A stretch of 64,000 nucleotides of DNA from Octopus vulgaris (taxonomy: Eukaryota), in assembly GCA_951406725.2 (NCBI GenBank), contig OX597821.1, forward strand, positions 68,510,001-68,574,000. Reading direction: 5' to 3'. This document shows positions 43,273 through 57,758 of this stretch, in pieces. The first letter of the stretch is position 1. Each line of letters starts with the position of its first letter. A program made the translations under genes and the position numbers. Under the pieces are notes generated by a model that saw only the letters and a list, made by a program, of their open reading frames with translations, did not search any database and was not told the DNA's origin.

Positions 43273-44016
43273 CATACATATGTGTGCGTATATATATATT
43301 TGTGTGTACGGTGGGGTAGAGTTGATAACATTTTTACATTTTTTTTACTCCATCCTAATTTATTTTCATTATTTTTTTTGTTTGGGTGTGTCTGTGTGTC
43401 TTTTGATTTGATTTTGTGCATATGTGTGCGTGTGTGCGCGCGCGCATGTGTATACGTGTGTTCTTTCCTCATTTATTTTTCTTCTTCGGCAGCAATGTCA
43501 AAATATGAAATCTATTGCTTTGTTATTTCACCCTCCCATCACAAAAAAAAACACACAAAAAAACTGGAAATTGCTGCAGCAAGACAGCTTAGACACTTTA
43601 TTTTACTGCCACCAATCCACCTTTTCACTCAGGAACTTCCTACAATATTGTTTGCTTTCTCACGAAAAATTCCTCTTTGTCCAACGCCATCATATCCGAT
43701 ACACAGTCATAATAACCACGACTACCAGCACTAAAAATCCGTCATCGCTGCTGTTCAACGTTCATTTCTGGTTAGGTATGGTCAGGTTTGCTATCGTTTG
43801 GTTTAGTTAGGAGTGCTTTTCTTTCTCGTCATTCTTCTATTTCATTCTATATTTTCCACGGTTGCTATAGTTTCTACAGAGAAGTGCAATTGAAAGCTGC
43901 ATGTTTCTGAAATGGAAAGAAAACAAAATTCCATACCGTTACTAATCTATCTCCCTCTTTGTCTACCAATCTCTATATCTATATTTATCTAGTGATCTAT
44001 GTACGTGTATATACAG

Positions 44017-44076
<60 letters not shown>

Positions 44077-44079
44077 ATT

Positions 44080-44295
44080 GATTTCAAATTTTGGCACAAG
44101 GCCAGTAAGTTCGGAGAAAGGAATGAGTCGATTACATCGATCCCAGTATGCAACTGGTACTTATTTTATCGATCCCGAAAAGGTGAAAAGCAAAGACGGA
44201 CTCGGCGGAATTTTAACTCAGAACGTAGCGGCAGACGAAATGCCGCTATGTATTTTGCCCAGCGTGCTAACGATTCTACCAGGTCGCCGCCTTAA
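44080..44295 (-). mobile_element. SINE family C
   Basis: Reverse complement of family C. Confidence 0.85.
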
Positions 44296-44603
44296 GGACA
44301 TGCATACTGTTACCAGGTCGCTACGCCTTAGTATGGTCACGGATGAAAAGCGTTTGATCATATGCTTGCTGCACTAGGGTTGTTCACAGAATATACAGCA
44401 AAACAATCAAATCAAATATAGGGTGTAAATATAATGAGATAGATTCAGAAAGAAAGAGGAGATATTTGATTTGGAAAACTATGTCTAAATGCACGCACAT
44501 ATCCACACATATTTGTCTCTGCGTGTGTGTGTATATATATATGTGTGTATATACTATATATATATATACTTCATAAATTAAAACTGACTAGAAGATCGGA
44601 AAT

Positions 44604-44647
44604 CCACCTGACGAATGTCATTTGAAGACATGAAACAATTGTAGTGG
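44604..44647 (+). ncRNA. Minimal type I hammerhead ribozyme, canonical core
   Basis: CCAC-CUGACGA-AUGUC auuugaa GACAU-GAAAC aauu GUA-GUGG; all conserved core nucleotides, palindromic stem III loop. Confidence 0.82.
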
Positions 44648-44822
44648 CGATTTATTTACTTTATATTAAAATTTTTATGTATTGATTAAGTCTTTCCTTG
44701 TTTGATTTGCAAAATAGTGGTTTTGTCTCGAATTAATATTATATAATATTTTACTATAAAATTGGATTTAATCCTAAATCTGATTTTTTTCCCCTGTAAT
44801 TTTGGATTTATTCCCTAATATT

Positions 44823-44888
<66 letters not shown>

Positions 44889-45042
44889 GTATATATATAT
44901 AGGTTATAAGAGGTAATGGTGTCTTTGACGCCCAATGGTGTCAGGTAATGCTGAATAAGTGCTATAGACAGACCATAGTTAAGTTTCAGGTTCGTTGATT
45001 TTGCGAATAAGGGGTTCAACGTTGGTCATATGTCAGCATGTG

Positions 45043-45289
45043 TATATAAGAATTTTTTTGCGTAATGAGAAGAAAAAAAAAACAAGGCTGTGTAGATACG
45101 GTGCAAGAGGATGGTTAAGTAATAGTTAATTTAGATAGAATACAAGCACCCTCTCACACCGCATTCGATGAAGGGATATAATTAATAAATATCCTGGAAA
45201 CAGTTGTAAGACCGTCTATATATAAATGTTCTAATATCTACACAGCCTTGGGGTTTTTTTATCTCATCACGCAAAAAAATTCGTATATA
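45043..45289. repeat. Inverted repeat (~55-bp arms) enclosing a hammerhead-like motif (45161-45215)
   Basis: Arms 45043-45098 / 45235-45289; UCGAUGA-A-GGGAUAU..AUAUCCU-G-GAAAC aguu GUA; stem I poor. Confidence 0.7.
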
Positions 45290-45450
45290 TATATATATAT
45301 CAGTCGCCATGATAGATCGTTAGTCACTACACACATTTTTTCTCCCCTTTTTTCTCTCCTTTTTTCCTCTTCTTTTTTCTCTCCTTTTTTCTCTCCTTTC
45401 TTTCTCTCCTTTTTTCCCTCCTTGTTTCTCTCCTTGATTTTTCTGTGCCC

Positions 45451-45489
45451 CTTTCTGTAGAAGAGCGTAGGCTCGAAACCTAAAAGACT
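45451..45489 (+). ncRNA. Decayed copy of the hammerhead-like motif at 29321-29360
   Basis: CTTTCTGTAGAAGAGCGTAGGCTCGAAACCTAAAAGAC. Confidence 0.4.
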
Positions 45490-45925
45490 TTTTCTACTCC
45501 TAAGCGTTATACTAATACATCGTTTTGTTTTGTACACCACCTGTCTTCGTCTTTTGTTTTTTTTTTTTCGTAAACTCTCCCTATATATATATATACATAT
45601 ATATACCAGAGTAAGCGCATAAATGCGAAACAAGGTGGAAAAAATTTTTTTACAGGATAATTTATTAATTTATTAATATTTTACACCGTATTATTTACCC
45701 TGGGTGTTCAGGCTTTTTCCTTCTTTATAAGCTATTTTTGATTTAAGGTTTCCTTTGTTTTTTATAATAATATGATTTTAAACCGCAATTTGTTATTGTA
45801 TGCAACCGGTTATTGAAAAGACAGTGAGTGGAAAGGACCAATGAAACAAAACCACTTTCAAATGTGTATCTCCCAAACATATTGCATATTCATGCATTTA
45901 AACTTATTCTTTTTCCATTCTAAAC

Positions 45926-45971
45926 AAAACTGTCCGACGAACGGGAACGTGAAACTCTGAGAGACAGTTTT
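45926..45971 (+). ncRNA. Hammerhead-like motif (CCGACGA core, mutated triplet)
   Basis: AAAACUGU-CCGACGA-ACG ggaa CGU-GAAAC ucuga GAG-ACAGUUUU; 8-bp stem I. Confidence 0.55.
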
Positions 45972-46238
45972 TGTGATATTTTTGCTGCTTTTTAATAATA
46001 TATATATATATGGAGAGAGAGAGAGAGAAAGGCAGAGAGCGGGAGAGGAGGAAGATCCTGCTGTCTTCTTGTCGCTAAACTCCCAAGTCCTCGTCATTTC
46101 GGTATGTAAAAATATTTAGTTTCCCTGCTGCGCTGATGTAAAAATATGTTTAAATGAATGAGAATTCAGCATCAGCTTATGTAGCTGTAAGCTACGATAA
46201 CCAACTTGGTTAGATAGACAGCGTTAAACAGAACCTCG

Positions 46239-46279
46239 GAGTCTGACGATGGTTAACGAGGCAGAAACTGAGGCCGCTC
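46239..46279 (+). ncRNA. Hammerhead-like motif, decayed
   Basis: GAGU-CUGACGA-UGGUU aacg AGGCA-GAAAC ugag GCC-GCUC; U16.1 mutated to C. Confidence 0.5.
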
Positions 46280-46600
46280 GGACACCTATGGTGTGTTGCC
46301 AAAAACCTTGGGGCATATGGGCATATCCTCAATATCCATGTTATTTTCATATATATATATATATATATGTATATACATACATATATATATATATACATAC
46401 ACACACATACATATATATATATATATACATACATACAAACATACATACATATGCTTGTGTGTCGTGTTGTTTTTTTTTAATCTCGTGTCTTGCTGATAAG
46501 ATTTAGTTCAGTTCTTACTGCTCCGATTGTTTGGCGTGGATTGGAAGTCAGACGTACGATAGAAAATGTAGCTGGGAAAACAATGATGAGAAAACCGTTC

Positions 46601-46631
<31 letters not shown>

Positions 46632-47748
46632 TACACACACACACACACACAAACACAAATAATCAAATAATACATACACGTATGCACACGTTTTCACAAA
46701 CACGTGTATATAAGCATATATAATCATGCAAAGATTCTTATATGCTTATACATATATATATATATAAACATACATAGAACTTTTATTTTCCTGTATTGAT
46801 TTTGCCACTCTTTATAAACAATAAAATGGTTATTGTCATTGCTGTTCTTTAACCCCAGGTCAGCCAGAAGAGCGGGCTGTGACCATCCCGTTTCTATCCA
46901 GCTCAATTTGTCCTTTTTTTAAGAAGCTCACTATGATGATTTGAGAGGAAACTACCGCGCTTTAGCAGGCAAGAAACCGTGGACACCCTCCATGGTTCAA
47001 GATGATGGAGCATTATTTGCTGCTATTTCAAACAAGACCATAGATTATGTATAACCTACCTCTCTGGTTCATATAGTTAGACGTAAATTGGATAATATCT
47101 AGCTGCTATTTCCAGCAAGTCAAGCACTTGTGTATAAGCTTTTCAGATGGCTCAAAACGGTATGGTATAGTTTGAGGAAGATCTGACAACTACTTCTCGC
47201 GGTTGAGAGACCGCGTAGAATTTCCTTTGAAGGCGCTTTTAATAAAATAATTTGTTTATATGTTTAATTTACAGTTTTACGGAGTAACTTTAAAGAACTA
47301 CACACGTTCCTGGAAAATAATTAGTTTGCTCTATATGTTCGTAAGATGAAGAAATTTTGCTCTTCAACTACGACCCTACGTTTTTTGTTTAAAAAAATCA
47401 AAGTTCATCGTTTCATTGGGCATTAGTATTGAGTCGTTTTTCTTCCATCCATGTCTGTGTATCTCATATACTTTTAAAAGGAAAGTAACCACAATTGATA
47501 TAGGCCTATATAGAAACGATGGGTTGGCTATATTTATCTAGTACGTCAATGGGCATACATTAGATTCGTTTAGAAACAACCTAATTAACATATGCATTAA
47601 TTTCGACCAATAAAGTTCCCTTCCTTTTCCTTTTTCTTTTTTTTTTTTTTGTTTTGGAATAATTTTTATGAGTGCTAATTTGTTTTCATTAAAGCTAATT
47701 TTTTTCATTTTACCATATAATGTATAGAAGCTTTCTTGTTGTAATATG

Positions 47749-47811
<63 letters not shown>

Positions 47812-47875
47812 TATACACCTATATATAGAGAGAGAGACACACACATAGATACATATGTGTGTATTTATAAATATG

Positions 47876-47907
<32 letters not shown>

Positions 47908-48254
47908 CGCGCGTATGTGTGTGTTGTGTGTGTGTATAAATATATATACATACACATATACATATGTGTGTATGTATATATGTATATATGTATATATGTA
48001 TACACATAAATACATACGCATATATGCTTTATTTGTTACATAAATGTGTATAAAGACATATGGATAAACATGCATATATTATTCCTCAAGTGTGTGTGTT
48101 TGTGTTTGTGCACATATCTGCATTCGCGAACATTGAACCTTTTGCAGAAAGACATATTGTGAGAAAGAAAATATATGTTAAGGTTGCAGGTACAAAACAC
48201 ACACACTCTCTCTCTCCTTCTTTCTCTATTTCATTCTGTCTTTCTCACTCACTC

Positions 48255-48298
<44 letters not shown>

Positions 48299-48726
48299 TC
48301 TCTCTCTCTCTTTCAAATACACACTTTATATCCGTATACGTACGCGTATACGCATGCCTATACACTTATGAACGCTTACATATTCTCACTTAAACGCATG
48401 CATTTACATATGAATACCTACGCATTCACCTACTCACAAATGCATGAATACATACGTACATACTTGCATACATACATGCATTCACATCATGTATGCACAC
48501 GTGCGTTTGCATATATTTTCCCCTTCTTCCTTCCGTAGGTGTAAACATCACTGCACAGTTCCGTTCAGCGTTTTGAGGGGAGACGGGGCGTGTTTATTTA
48601 TTTATGGTCTTCTCGATGTTCTTACATCTTTCTTAGTTTTTTTTTTTTGTTTTGTTTCTTTCGCTTTTTTTTCCTTTTTCTCTAAAGCTTTCAATTGACG
48701 AACGAAGGAAAAAATGTCAACCTGGC

Positions 48727-48758
<32 letters not shown>

Positions 48759-49261
48759 GATGCAACAACAACTCGTCCATATAAAATGAAATTATAAAAT
48801 AAGAAAAGGTTTTTTAAAAAATACGCCAGTCAAAACCTAAATATCAAAGTATATAAAAAGAATTATCAAAGAAAATAAAATCATTATTAACTAACACACA
48901 AAATAGAAACTTTCTCATTCAAATAAATGGTCGAGAATCTAATATTTTCTACAAAATATATATTTTTTCCCTTCGAGAGACAAAATTTCGAAGGAAAAAT
49001 GAGGAGGAGCAAACCTGGCCGCTTTTATAACTTAACCGCTTTCTACACACTTCAATAAAGCAAAATTTCGCACACGTTTATATTTCCTTTTTGTATCTCT
49101 CTCACTTTCTTCCTCTTTTTCCCACTGTATTCCTTTCTCACTCTCTCTTTCTCTCTCTCGCACGCGCGCTCTTCCTATCTTCCTCTGTTTCTTTCCTTTC
49201 TGTCTTTCTCTCTCTATCTATCTCTCTCTATCTATCTCTCTCTCTCTCTCTCTTGCTCTCG

Positions 49262-49316
<55 letters not shown>

Positions 49317-49416
49317 ACACGCACAAACACAAACACACACACACGTACCTAAGTATATTCATGTGTATGCACAAATAATCTTAGAAGCAAACATGTACAT
49401 ACATAAACATATGCAA

Positions 49417-49449
<33 letters not shown>

Positions 49450-50357
49450 TGTATGTATGTATGTATGTATGTATGTATGTATGTATGCATGTGTGTATGT
49501 ATATACGGGCGTGTGTGTGTGTATGTGTGCGCTTACAAAATCGCATACATACACACGTATATAAATTTTAAAGGCTACATATGAACATATATTCACAAAT
49601 ATGCACGTACGCGACCCCTCACACACACACACTTGCATATATACACAAATAACCTTAGAAAAAGGTATGTGTATGTGTGCGTGCGCAAGCGCGCGTATTT
49701 GTGTGCGTACACAAATATACACACGCACACTTATTCACATTCACATACACACGCACATGTATGGATATACAAAGACTCGTAACACACCATGGCACGAACA
49801 TACCTGTGTACATATATTCATATACAATCATATACACACACATACACACACACACACATACACACACACGCAGACATATACACACATACACACAGGCATA
49901 CACACACATACTGCTAAAAACAAAATGTCTATAAATGTACATAAGTACATGCATACACGAAGAAACATGCAATTCTTAGAATAAATATGTGTCATACATA
50001 TGAGTATCACATACATATGTATATATAACCATGCATACATACATACATACATACATGCAACTACAAGCATGAGAATACATACATAAAACAAAGCATAAAT
50101 TTGCACACGCACTGACTCCAAATATTCACACATACACACATACGAGTACAAATACTCTGTTGATGTTATTGAATCTCCAGCGAAGGAGCCTTAGATCTAG
50201 GTTAGAAACCGGCTCTTTCTCTATTGGCAAGAAATCTAGAAATAAAACTGAATAATGGCATGCATACATAAATACACACATACATACATACATACATGCA
50301 TACCTACCTACCTACATACATACATGCATGCATGCATGCAAGCATACATACACACAC

Positions 50358-50428
<71 letters not shown>

Positions 50429-50431
50429 TAT

Positions 50432-50563
<132 letters not shown>

Positions 50564-50924
50564 TCAACCTACTGCTCTTAAACCCATTCAATAGGTTTTC
50601 ATTTGTTCCTATTATTATAGGTGTTATATGCTGCGTAACAACAGATTTGTGTGGGCGTCTGTGTAGTGTTTGTATGTGTGCGGGTGGATGTAAGTATGTG
50701 TGCATGCCCGCAAATGTATATACGCGTGTGTGTATGTCTTTGTGATTGTGGGTACACTTTGAGTAGTGCTCCTGCTTTCTAACAAACGAATCGCATCAAT
50801 AAAAGAAGCTGAATGAGATACATTCCCTTATACTATGGGAAAATGACAAGAAAGGAAATTGAATTGAAATTTCGGTTACGCATGTGACCATCTTCGGTGT
50901 TTATTTATCTTTTATCTTTTTCTT

Positions 50925-51110
50925 GGTTCAGTTATAAGATTGTGGCCATGCTAGGGCACTACCTCGTAGAATTTTTAGTCGAATAAATCGATCCCAGTGA
51001 TTTTTTTAGCCTTGTACTTATTCTATCGATCTTTTGCCGAGGACGTAAACACACCAACACCGGTTGTCAAGCGGTTGTGGGTGACGAACACAGACACAAA
51101 GACACACACA
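50925..51110 (-). mobile_element. SINE family A 3' half, diverged
   Basis: Tail and GACGTAAACACACCA..GGTTGTCAAGC segment. Confidence 0.8.
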
Positions 51111-51489
51111 TAATATGAGAGAAAGAAAATCGAATTCACGAGATTCTTCACTACGATCGTTTCAACCCATTGTGCACCGGTGCATCGCGGGTGAGATGCT
51201 ATACAGACAGTTGTGCATTTTAGGTGCGGATGTGTCTCAACAGGTGACTTGTCAAAGGGTACTTCTCTTTTTCATCTCCGTTTCGCTTATTTCAATTAGA
51301 ATACATTTTGGTATTTGCTGTTACTCGTCTACACGAGGAACTGGTTTTTGATGTAGAATTCTTCTCATATAAGCAATAAGGTGACTTACAATGAATCAAA
51401 AAATAAAAAATAAAAAATAAAAATATTAAAAATAAAGTAACTATTCAAGTTATATGCAATACTCTGATAATGAAATGCCGTTAAATAAA

Positions 51490-51770
51490 AGCATAAGACA
51501 ACCATACGAGTGGGATAGAACGAAAGCAATCGGACGTTCAAATTTAGCTCTAAAAGGCGTTGACATTTTGGTGGCCTCCTGGTGTGGCTTGCCCAAAGAG
51601 GGACAATTGGGCAATCAGTTTCACAAAGCAATTACTGCTACTGAGAAGCGTTCACTCCACAAAACTAGAACTATCTAAAAGTAATGCTAGTGTTGCACGT
51701 GCCCTAGATGCGGGAGAAGTTCCCTGGTTTGGATAGGCCTCATCAGTCGCATCCAAAGTGTACTTATTCC
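51490..51770 (+). mobile_element. RTE-like 3' end remnant
   Basis: TCPRCGRSSLVWIGLISR (cf. CPxCxR...RIGLxSH). Confidence 0.5.
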
Positions 51771-51888
51771 ATTTGTAAGGCCTCAAAAGAGTATTTTTTT
51801 CGGTATTTTTTCGGCATTAGCTCCCCGTGTCGAGGGTGGGTATTTTGAGTGTTTGCTGTATTTCCTGATTGTGGCGTCCATTTTGTAT

Positions 51889-51956
<68 letters not shown>

Positions 51957-52484
51957 GAATCGAAACTTTTGATAATGAAGTACGAACAACACTTACGCTT
52001 GAGATTTAAAAAAAAAACAGACGAGTGGTTATGACTGGAAAGCGTTTGGTCATGGATTTGTTTGATTATGGCAAAGCTGACTAGGGTTCAACAACAACGA
52101 CAACAACAGTGAGTCCGTTACCACGATTTCTAGCTTAATGTTTCTCGAAAGGAGGGGAAGCACCTCCTTTGAGAGTAATATATTAAATTTGGTGAGGTGG
52201 ATCAGTGATAATCAAGAGAGCATAGAAGATTAATATAGATGACGGGGTAAAGGAGTGAAATGTGTCTCTTGAGGAGCGGACGTTGATAATTTTAATTGGT
52301 GCTATTGGCTGAGACACATGACACGAAAGTTAAATACCTACCAAAGTTAATGGAAGACAGAAATTCCTGATTTGACATTGTGAAACGCATCCGATTTGCG
52401 GCCGCTTGAAGGAGTCGATTGTACAAGATTAAACCGAGGCAGATTAAGCGATATAAATATCCATCTATCTCCCCCATCTTTGCC

Positions 52485-52690
52485 AACTATTCCTAGCAGG
52501 TTGTGGCAGTAGAGTGCTCAAGCGCAGCCTCCACAGGGTCCTAGCAGAAGCAACTACCATAATCCTTTCCGTCTGGGTTCCCAACCGTGACCAACTGAGA
52601 CTATGGATATTATCCAGTCATCTCGTTCTTGGTCTACCCTTGGTTTCATTCTTGAAGAAACCGTCCTGCAATTCTTTCCAACGACCAATA
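52485..52690 (-). mobile_element. RTE-like 3' end remnant
   Basis: KGRPRTR*LDNIHSLSWSRLG...VASARTLWRLRLSTLLPQP. Confidence 0.6.
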
Positions 52691-52811
52691 TAAATTTATC
52701 AGTCCATATAATTAAGTATTCATATCTAAACATTATGTTGGTACTCTTATAATCAATATCGGGACGTTAATCTTGCTACATTATGCAAATGACATATACG
52801 AAAGTAAATAT

Positions 52812-52824
52812 ATTTTGGATATAC

Positions 52825-52862
<38 letters not shown>

Positions 52863-52924
52863 AATATATATATATATTGGATATATATATATATATTGGA
52901 TATATATTGGATACGTATATATAT

Positions 52925-52976
<52 letters not shown>

Positions 52977-53051
52977 ACATATATATTTATATTGGATATA
53001 TATATATTGGATATATATATATTGGATATATATATATTGGATATATATATT

Positions 53052-53103
<52 letters not shown>

Positions 53104-53109
53104 CATTGG

Positions 53110-53140
<31 letters not shown>

Positions 53141-53172
53141 ATATATATATGTGTATATTGGATATATATATA
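52812..53172. repeat. (TA)n tract interrupted by TTGGA and TCCAA in both orientations
   Basis: TCCAA near 52860 and 52926; many TTGGA copies. Confidence 0.95.
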
Positions 53173-53182
53173 GTACGTATAT

Positions 53183-53219
<37 letters not shown>

Positions 53220-53560
53220 TATCACTACTTAGTTGTTTGTCGTTCGTAATGTGGAAGTGAAGACGACGTGTGTCGGTGCACACGCTGGTTTCAATGACGG
53301 TGACAATGTATGTCAGCTAATAAAGCATAACAATGAGAAACCAGTTTGCTGGAAAAACTCGAAATCAGACATTGGAATGGAAACTTCACCCCGGGTGATT
53401 TCATCAATTCATAATATTAACTAATTAATTAATATTTTTGCATAATGAACATTATGAGCATAGCTTAAAGCACCATAACTGTACGTACGCATATATACGT
53501 GCATGATGCTTTAATGTGTGTGCTGGGTATGTGTGTATATGCATGTGTGTGAGTTCGGGA

Positions 53561-53605
<45 letters not shown>

Positions 53606-53757
53606 CCCACACTCATAAAATTCTTACATACATACACACAAACATGTATGTGTGTACATATTATTCTCAATAGACTTTTATATATATATATATAATTAAA
53701 TATATGTGTGTGTATGTACATGAACATATACATATATATCAGGCTATATATATATAT

Positions 53758-53792
<35 letters not shown>

Positions 53793-53888
53793 TACACACA
53801 CACATATATATATATTCATACATGTGTGTGCACGTGTGTGTGCATGTTTGTGTATGTATATGAGTATGTATGAGAGAGAGAGAGAGAG

Positions 53889-53950
<62 letters not shown>

Positions 53951-54867
53951 CGTATGCGTGCATGCGGGTGCAGTGGAGGGGTGCGCACTCACACCACAAC
54001 ATGAAACACACCCAGAAATTTTAGAAAAACATTTCTGAGAAGCCAAACCACCGAGAAAGTTCCTTGAAGCCAAACACAAAACTCAATAGCATAAATAGAA
54101 TTGGTGAACATGATTTATTGGGGGGGGGGGTGAAGGGGGAGGAGTAGTCAGTGATCGTTTTCGAGGAGTGAAAGGGAGAGACACTTAAAGAGAGAGATAG
54201 ACAGAGACAGAGACAAGTAGACGGATTCATACGTACTCACAAACACACAACCACACACACACACACATTCGCGCGCACACACACACACACACTCGCGCAC
54301 ACACACACACATACACACGCACGCGGGTGATAAAAAAGTAAAGCAAACCAATAAGAGGTAATTATCAACTACAGCTTGGTTTACAGTGATTAGAAAAACT
54401 TAGACCAGATGTCGCTGGTTGTTTTGTTTTATGAATGATATCATTGAATTTTATATCTTTGTTTTTTGTTGAGTTTTTTGTTTGTTTATTTGGGGGGTTT
54501 TTTTAGGTTAAAGATCATTTCATCAACTCTCTACTGTAGTTCTAATAAAATATAGCAGCCATTTAATTCCATTTATATTTTGTGTCTTTTAAACTTTACT
54601 TTGTGTTTATACACACGTATACACATAGGTGTATCCGTGTGCGCATGCGTGCGTCGGTGTGTATGCATGTATGGATGTATGTGTGGGATGTGTGTATTAG
54701 TTGATTTTATTCGTTGATTTATTTTTATTGATTAATTGATTGATTGATCTTTTCTAAACATCGGGGTGTCTTTTTTTTTTTTATTTATTTGCAGTATTTT
54801 CGGCAATTTTATTTTGATCTGTTTTATTTATATTTTTTTCCCCTGTATTTTCAATTAATACAAGCAA

Positions 54868-55770
54868 GTTGTCGTCTGTTATGGACTGCTGGAGCTTGTT
54901 GTCGATGGTTGTGGTCAGTCATCGTAGGTTGTCGTTTAGTTGTCGTTGGCTGTCATTGATTATCGTTGAATGCCGTTGACAGTCGTTTGTTTTCGTCAAT
55001 TATCGTTTGTTGTCGTTGGCTGTCGTTCGCAGTCATCGATTATCATCTAGGTTTGTTGACTGTCGTCTGCTTTCATCCCTTATCGTAGGTTGTCATTGGT
55101 TGACGTTGGCTGTTATTGATTATCATCGAGTGTTATTGACTGTCGTCTGCTTTCGCCCCTTATCGTAGGTTGTCATTGGTTGACGTTGGCTGTTATTGAT
55201 TATCATCGAGTGTTGTTGACTGTCGTCTGCTTTCGTCCCTTATCGTAGGTTGTCATTTGTTGACGTTGGCTGTCGTTGATTAGCATCGAGTGTTTTTGAC
55301 TGTCGTCTGCTTTCGTCCCTTTATCGTAGGTTGTCATTGGTTGACGTTGGCTGTCATTGATTATCATCGAGTGTTGTTGACTGTCGTCTGCTTTCGTCAG
55401 TTATCAGGTAGTCGCTGGTTGTAGTTGGCTGTCATTGATTATCAAGTATTGTTGATAGTCATTTGCTTTTGTCAGTTATCAATTTGTCGTTAATTGTTGT
55501 CGGCCGTCATTGATTATTATCGAATTTCGTTGACTACTGTCCGCTTTCGTCAGCTATCGTAGGACATCGTTGGTTGTCGTTGACTGTCGTTGATTAAAAT
55601 CGAGTATCGTTGACTGTTGTCTGCTTTCGTCAGCTATTGTCGGTTGTCTTTGGTTGTCATTAGTTGTCTTCAGTTGGCTTCGATTGTAATTAAGTTGTCG
55701 GTTTATGTCAGTCATCATTAGTTGTCGGGAAGTCAATTGCCGTCAGTTGTTGTCACTTATCGTCAGTTTT
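54868..55770. repeat. Minisatellite: 80-bp higher-order unit built from ~10-bp subunits
   Basis: tgtcgtctgc recurs at 55061, 55141, 55221, 55301 and 55382; degenerate flanks. Confidence 0.93.
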
Positions 55771-56574
55771 AAAATCTTCATGTTTAGAGTGACGACTTTC
55801 AGTGGAGGCTTGAGGGACGAGGCACTGTATAAGTAACAAGAAGAGAGTAGGCGATTGTGTTTGATTGACCCAAGTAAATATGGTAAGTAGCTAGCTGTTT
55901 CAGAAGAGCAGGATAGAGTGGACAGAGACAAAGTAAGACAATACATCCATGAGCCAGAAGTTGTTATGAGCATTGGCGAGTGAGTATTTTCCAATCAATC
56001 CGATGGCTGTCTTCTTATTGTAGTCAAAAATATTTGTGCGCATAACAGCAGCACACCGTTCTAAGTATTGGAAGCGTTTTTGAATGGGTGTCTTACTTGA
56101 GCTTATAGAGAACCAACATATGATCGAAGCTGATACACTTACATATTCGATTAATGCATAGACCTGAAGAGTCGATATTTTCATATTTTCCAGTATTGCT
56201 GGAATAATACTGATTTGACTATCATTTCATATATTATTTAATAATATTCTTGCCATAAACTTCTGGAAAAGCATCGATGAAAACATTATTGAAAATGAGT
56301 TGCTCACTCCATTTTCCTTGTTAATAATTTATATGAACACAACGGATAGTCACGGATTTTCAGATATACCATCAATGGACTGATACATCTTCGTTGGATG
56401 ATAGTATCCGACAGCGGATAGCCGTCGACGGGCATTATAAAATAAACTCCGAGGTTTGTCTCGAATCATTCGACTAAAAATGGAATTAATACATAAGGGA
56501 ATTAATACATAATAATGTCTGGCTGGTTGGCTGGCTGTGTAACTATATATGTACGTATTTATGTATAGACAGAC

Positions 56575-56731
<157 letters not shown>

Positions 56732-57006
56732 CAATGGCGGAACCCGATCATAGCCACAATCTTTTGCAAATGAGTTATGTATATGTGTGTATGTGCGCAC
56801 GCGTTGAATTTGCGAGAATACACGGAGAGTTAACACAGTGTACTGTATCTGCCAGCTCATTTCAAATACACTCACATACACACACGAACACATGAGCTTA
56901 TACACAAACGTGATAGAAAGTGAGACTGTATATCAACATGTTTGCATATATATGCATGTGTGTATGTGCACATTCATATACATACTAATGGATGCACATA
57001 TATACA

Positions 57007-57217
57007 TACGAAGGTGTGCTGAAAAGTTCCTAGCGCTGCATGAAAGAAAATTCAAGAGGATTATGATTTTAGTCAACATATTCTCCTTCTCAAGTTCACA
57101 CGCTTATTGCGGCGGTCCTTCAGTTTTTTTCTAAGCATAGTAAAAGAATTCGGAAGGCTGGTTTCCAACCAGGCCGTTCACGACACCCTTAAAGCCAGGA
57201 ACTTTTCAGCACACACC
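57007..57217 (-). mobile_element. Mariner-derived MITE
   Basis: TIRs GTGTGCTGAAAAGTTCCT / AGGAACTTTTCAGCACAC; internal sequence is the reverse-complement homologue of 61261-61476. Confidence 0.82.
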
Positions 57218-57222
57218 GCCCC

Positions 57223-57331
<109 letters not shown>

Positions 57332-57695
57332 GTACGTATGCATATGTGTATGTACGAATGACTCGCTCTCTCTATATATATATATCTCTCTCACTCTCTC
57401 TCTTTGTTTCTCTCTCAGTCTCTCTCTCTCACTCTCTGCATTACACTTTTGAAAGTTTGTTCCATACTGTAACGAGTTTTTCTATCTGTTCTTACATTAA
57501 AACAAACTGTTAATAAAAATATACATTGAAATATATCTAAACAATTTGATAGACAGAAAACACAACACAGGATAATCGGTCACACATAAACTTACACACG
57601 TACACACACACGCACACACACACACACATACACACATTTAAACAGCTGCCACATATATGCCTGCGTAAGTCTATATACATATTATATATATATAT

Positions 57696-57758
<63 letters not shown>

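Noticed and set aside
50170-50220. CCAGCGA...GAAACCGG motif
   Set aside because: Core too divergent and stem I absent.
54100-54125. TGATTTAT Hox/Pbx-like site
   Set aside because: Short motif expected by chance in AT-rich DNA.
55743-56300. Minus-strand ORFs beside the minisatellite
   Set aside because: No recognisable protein motifs or splice structure.
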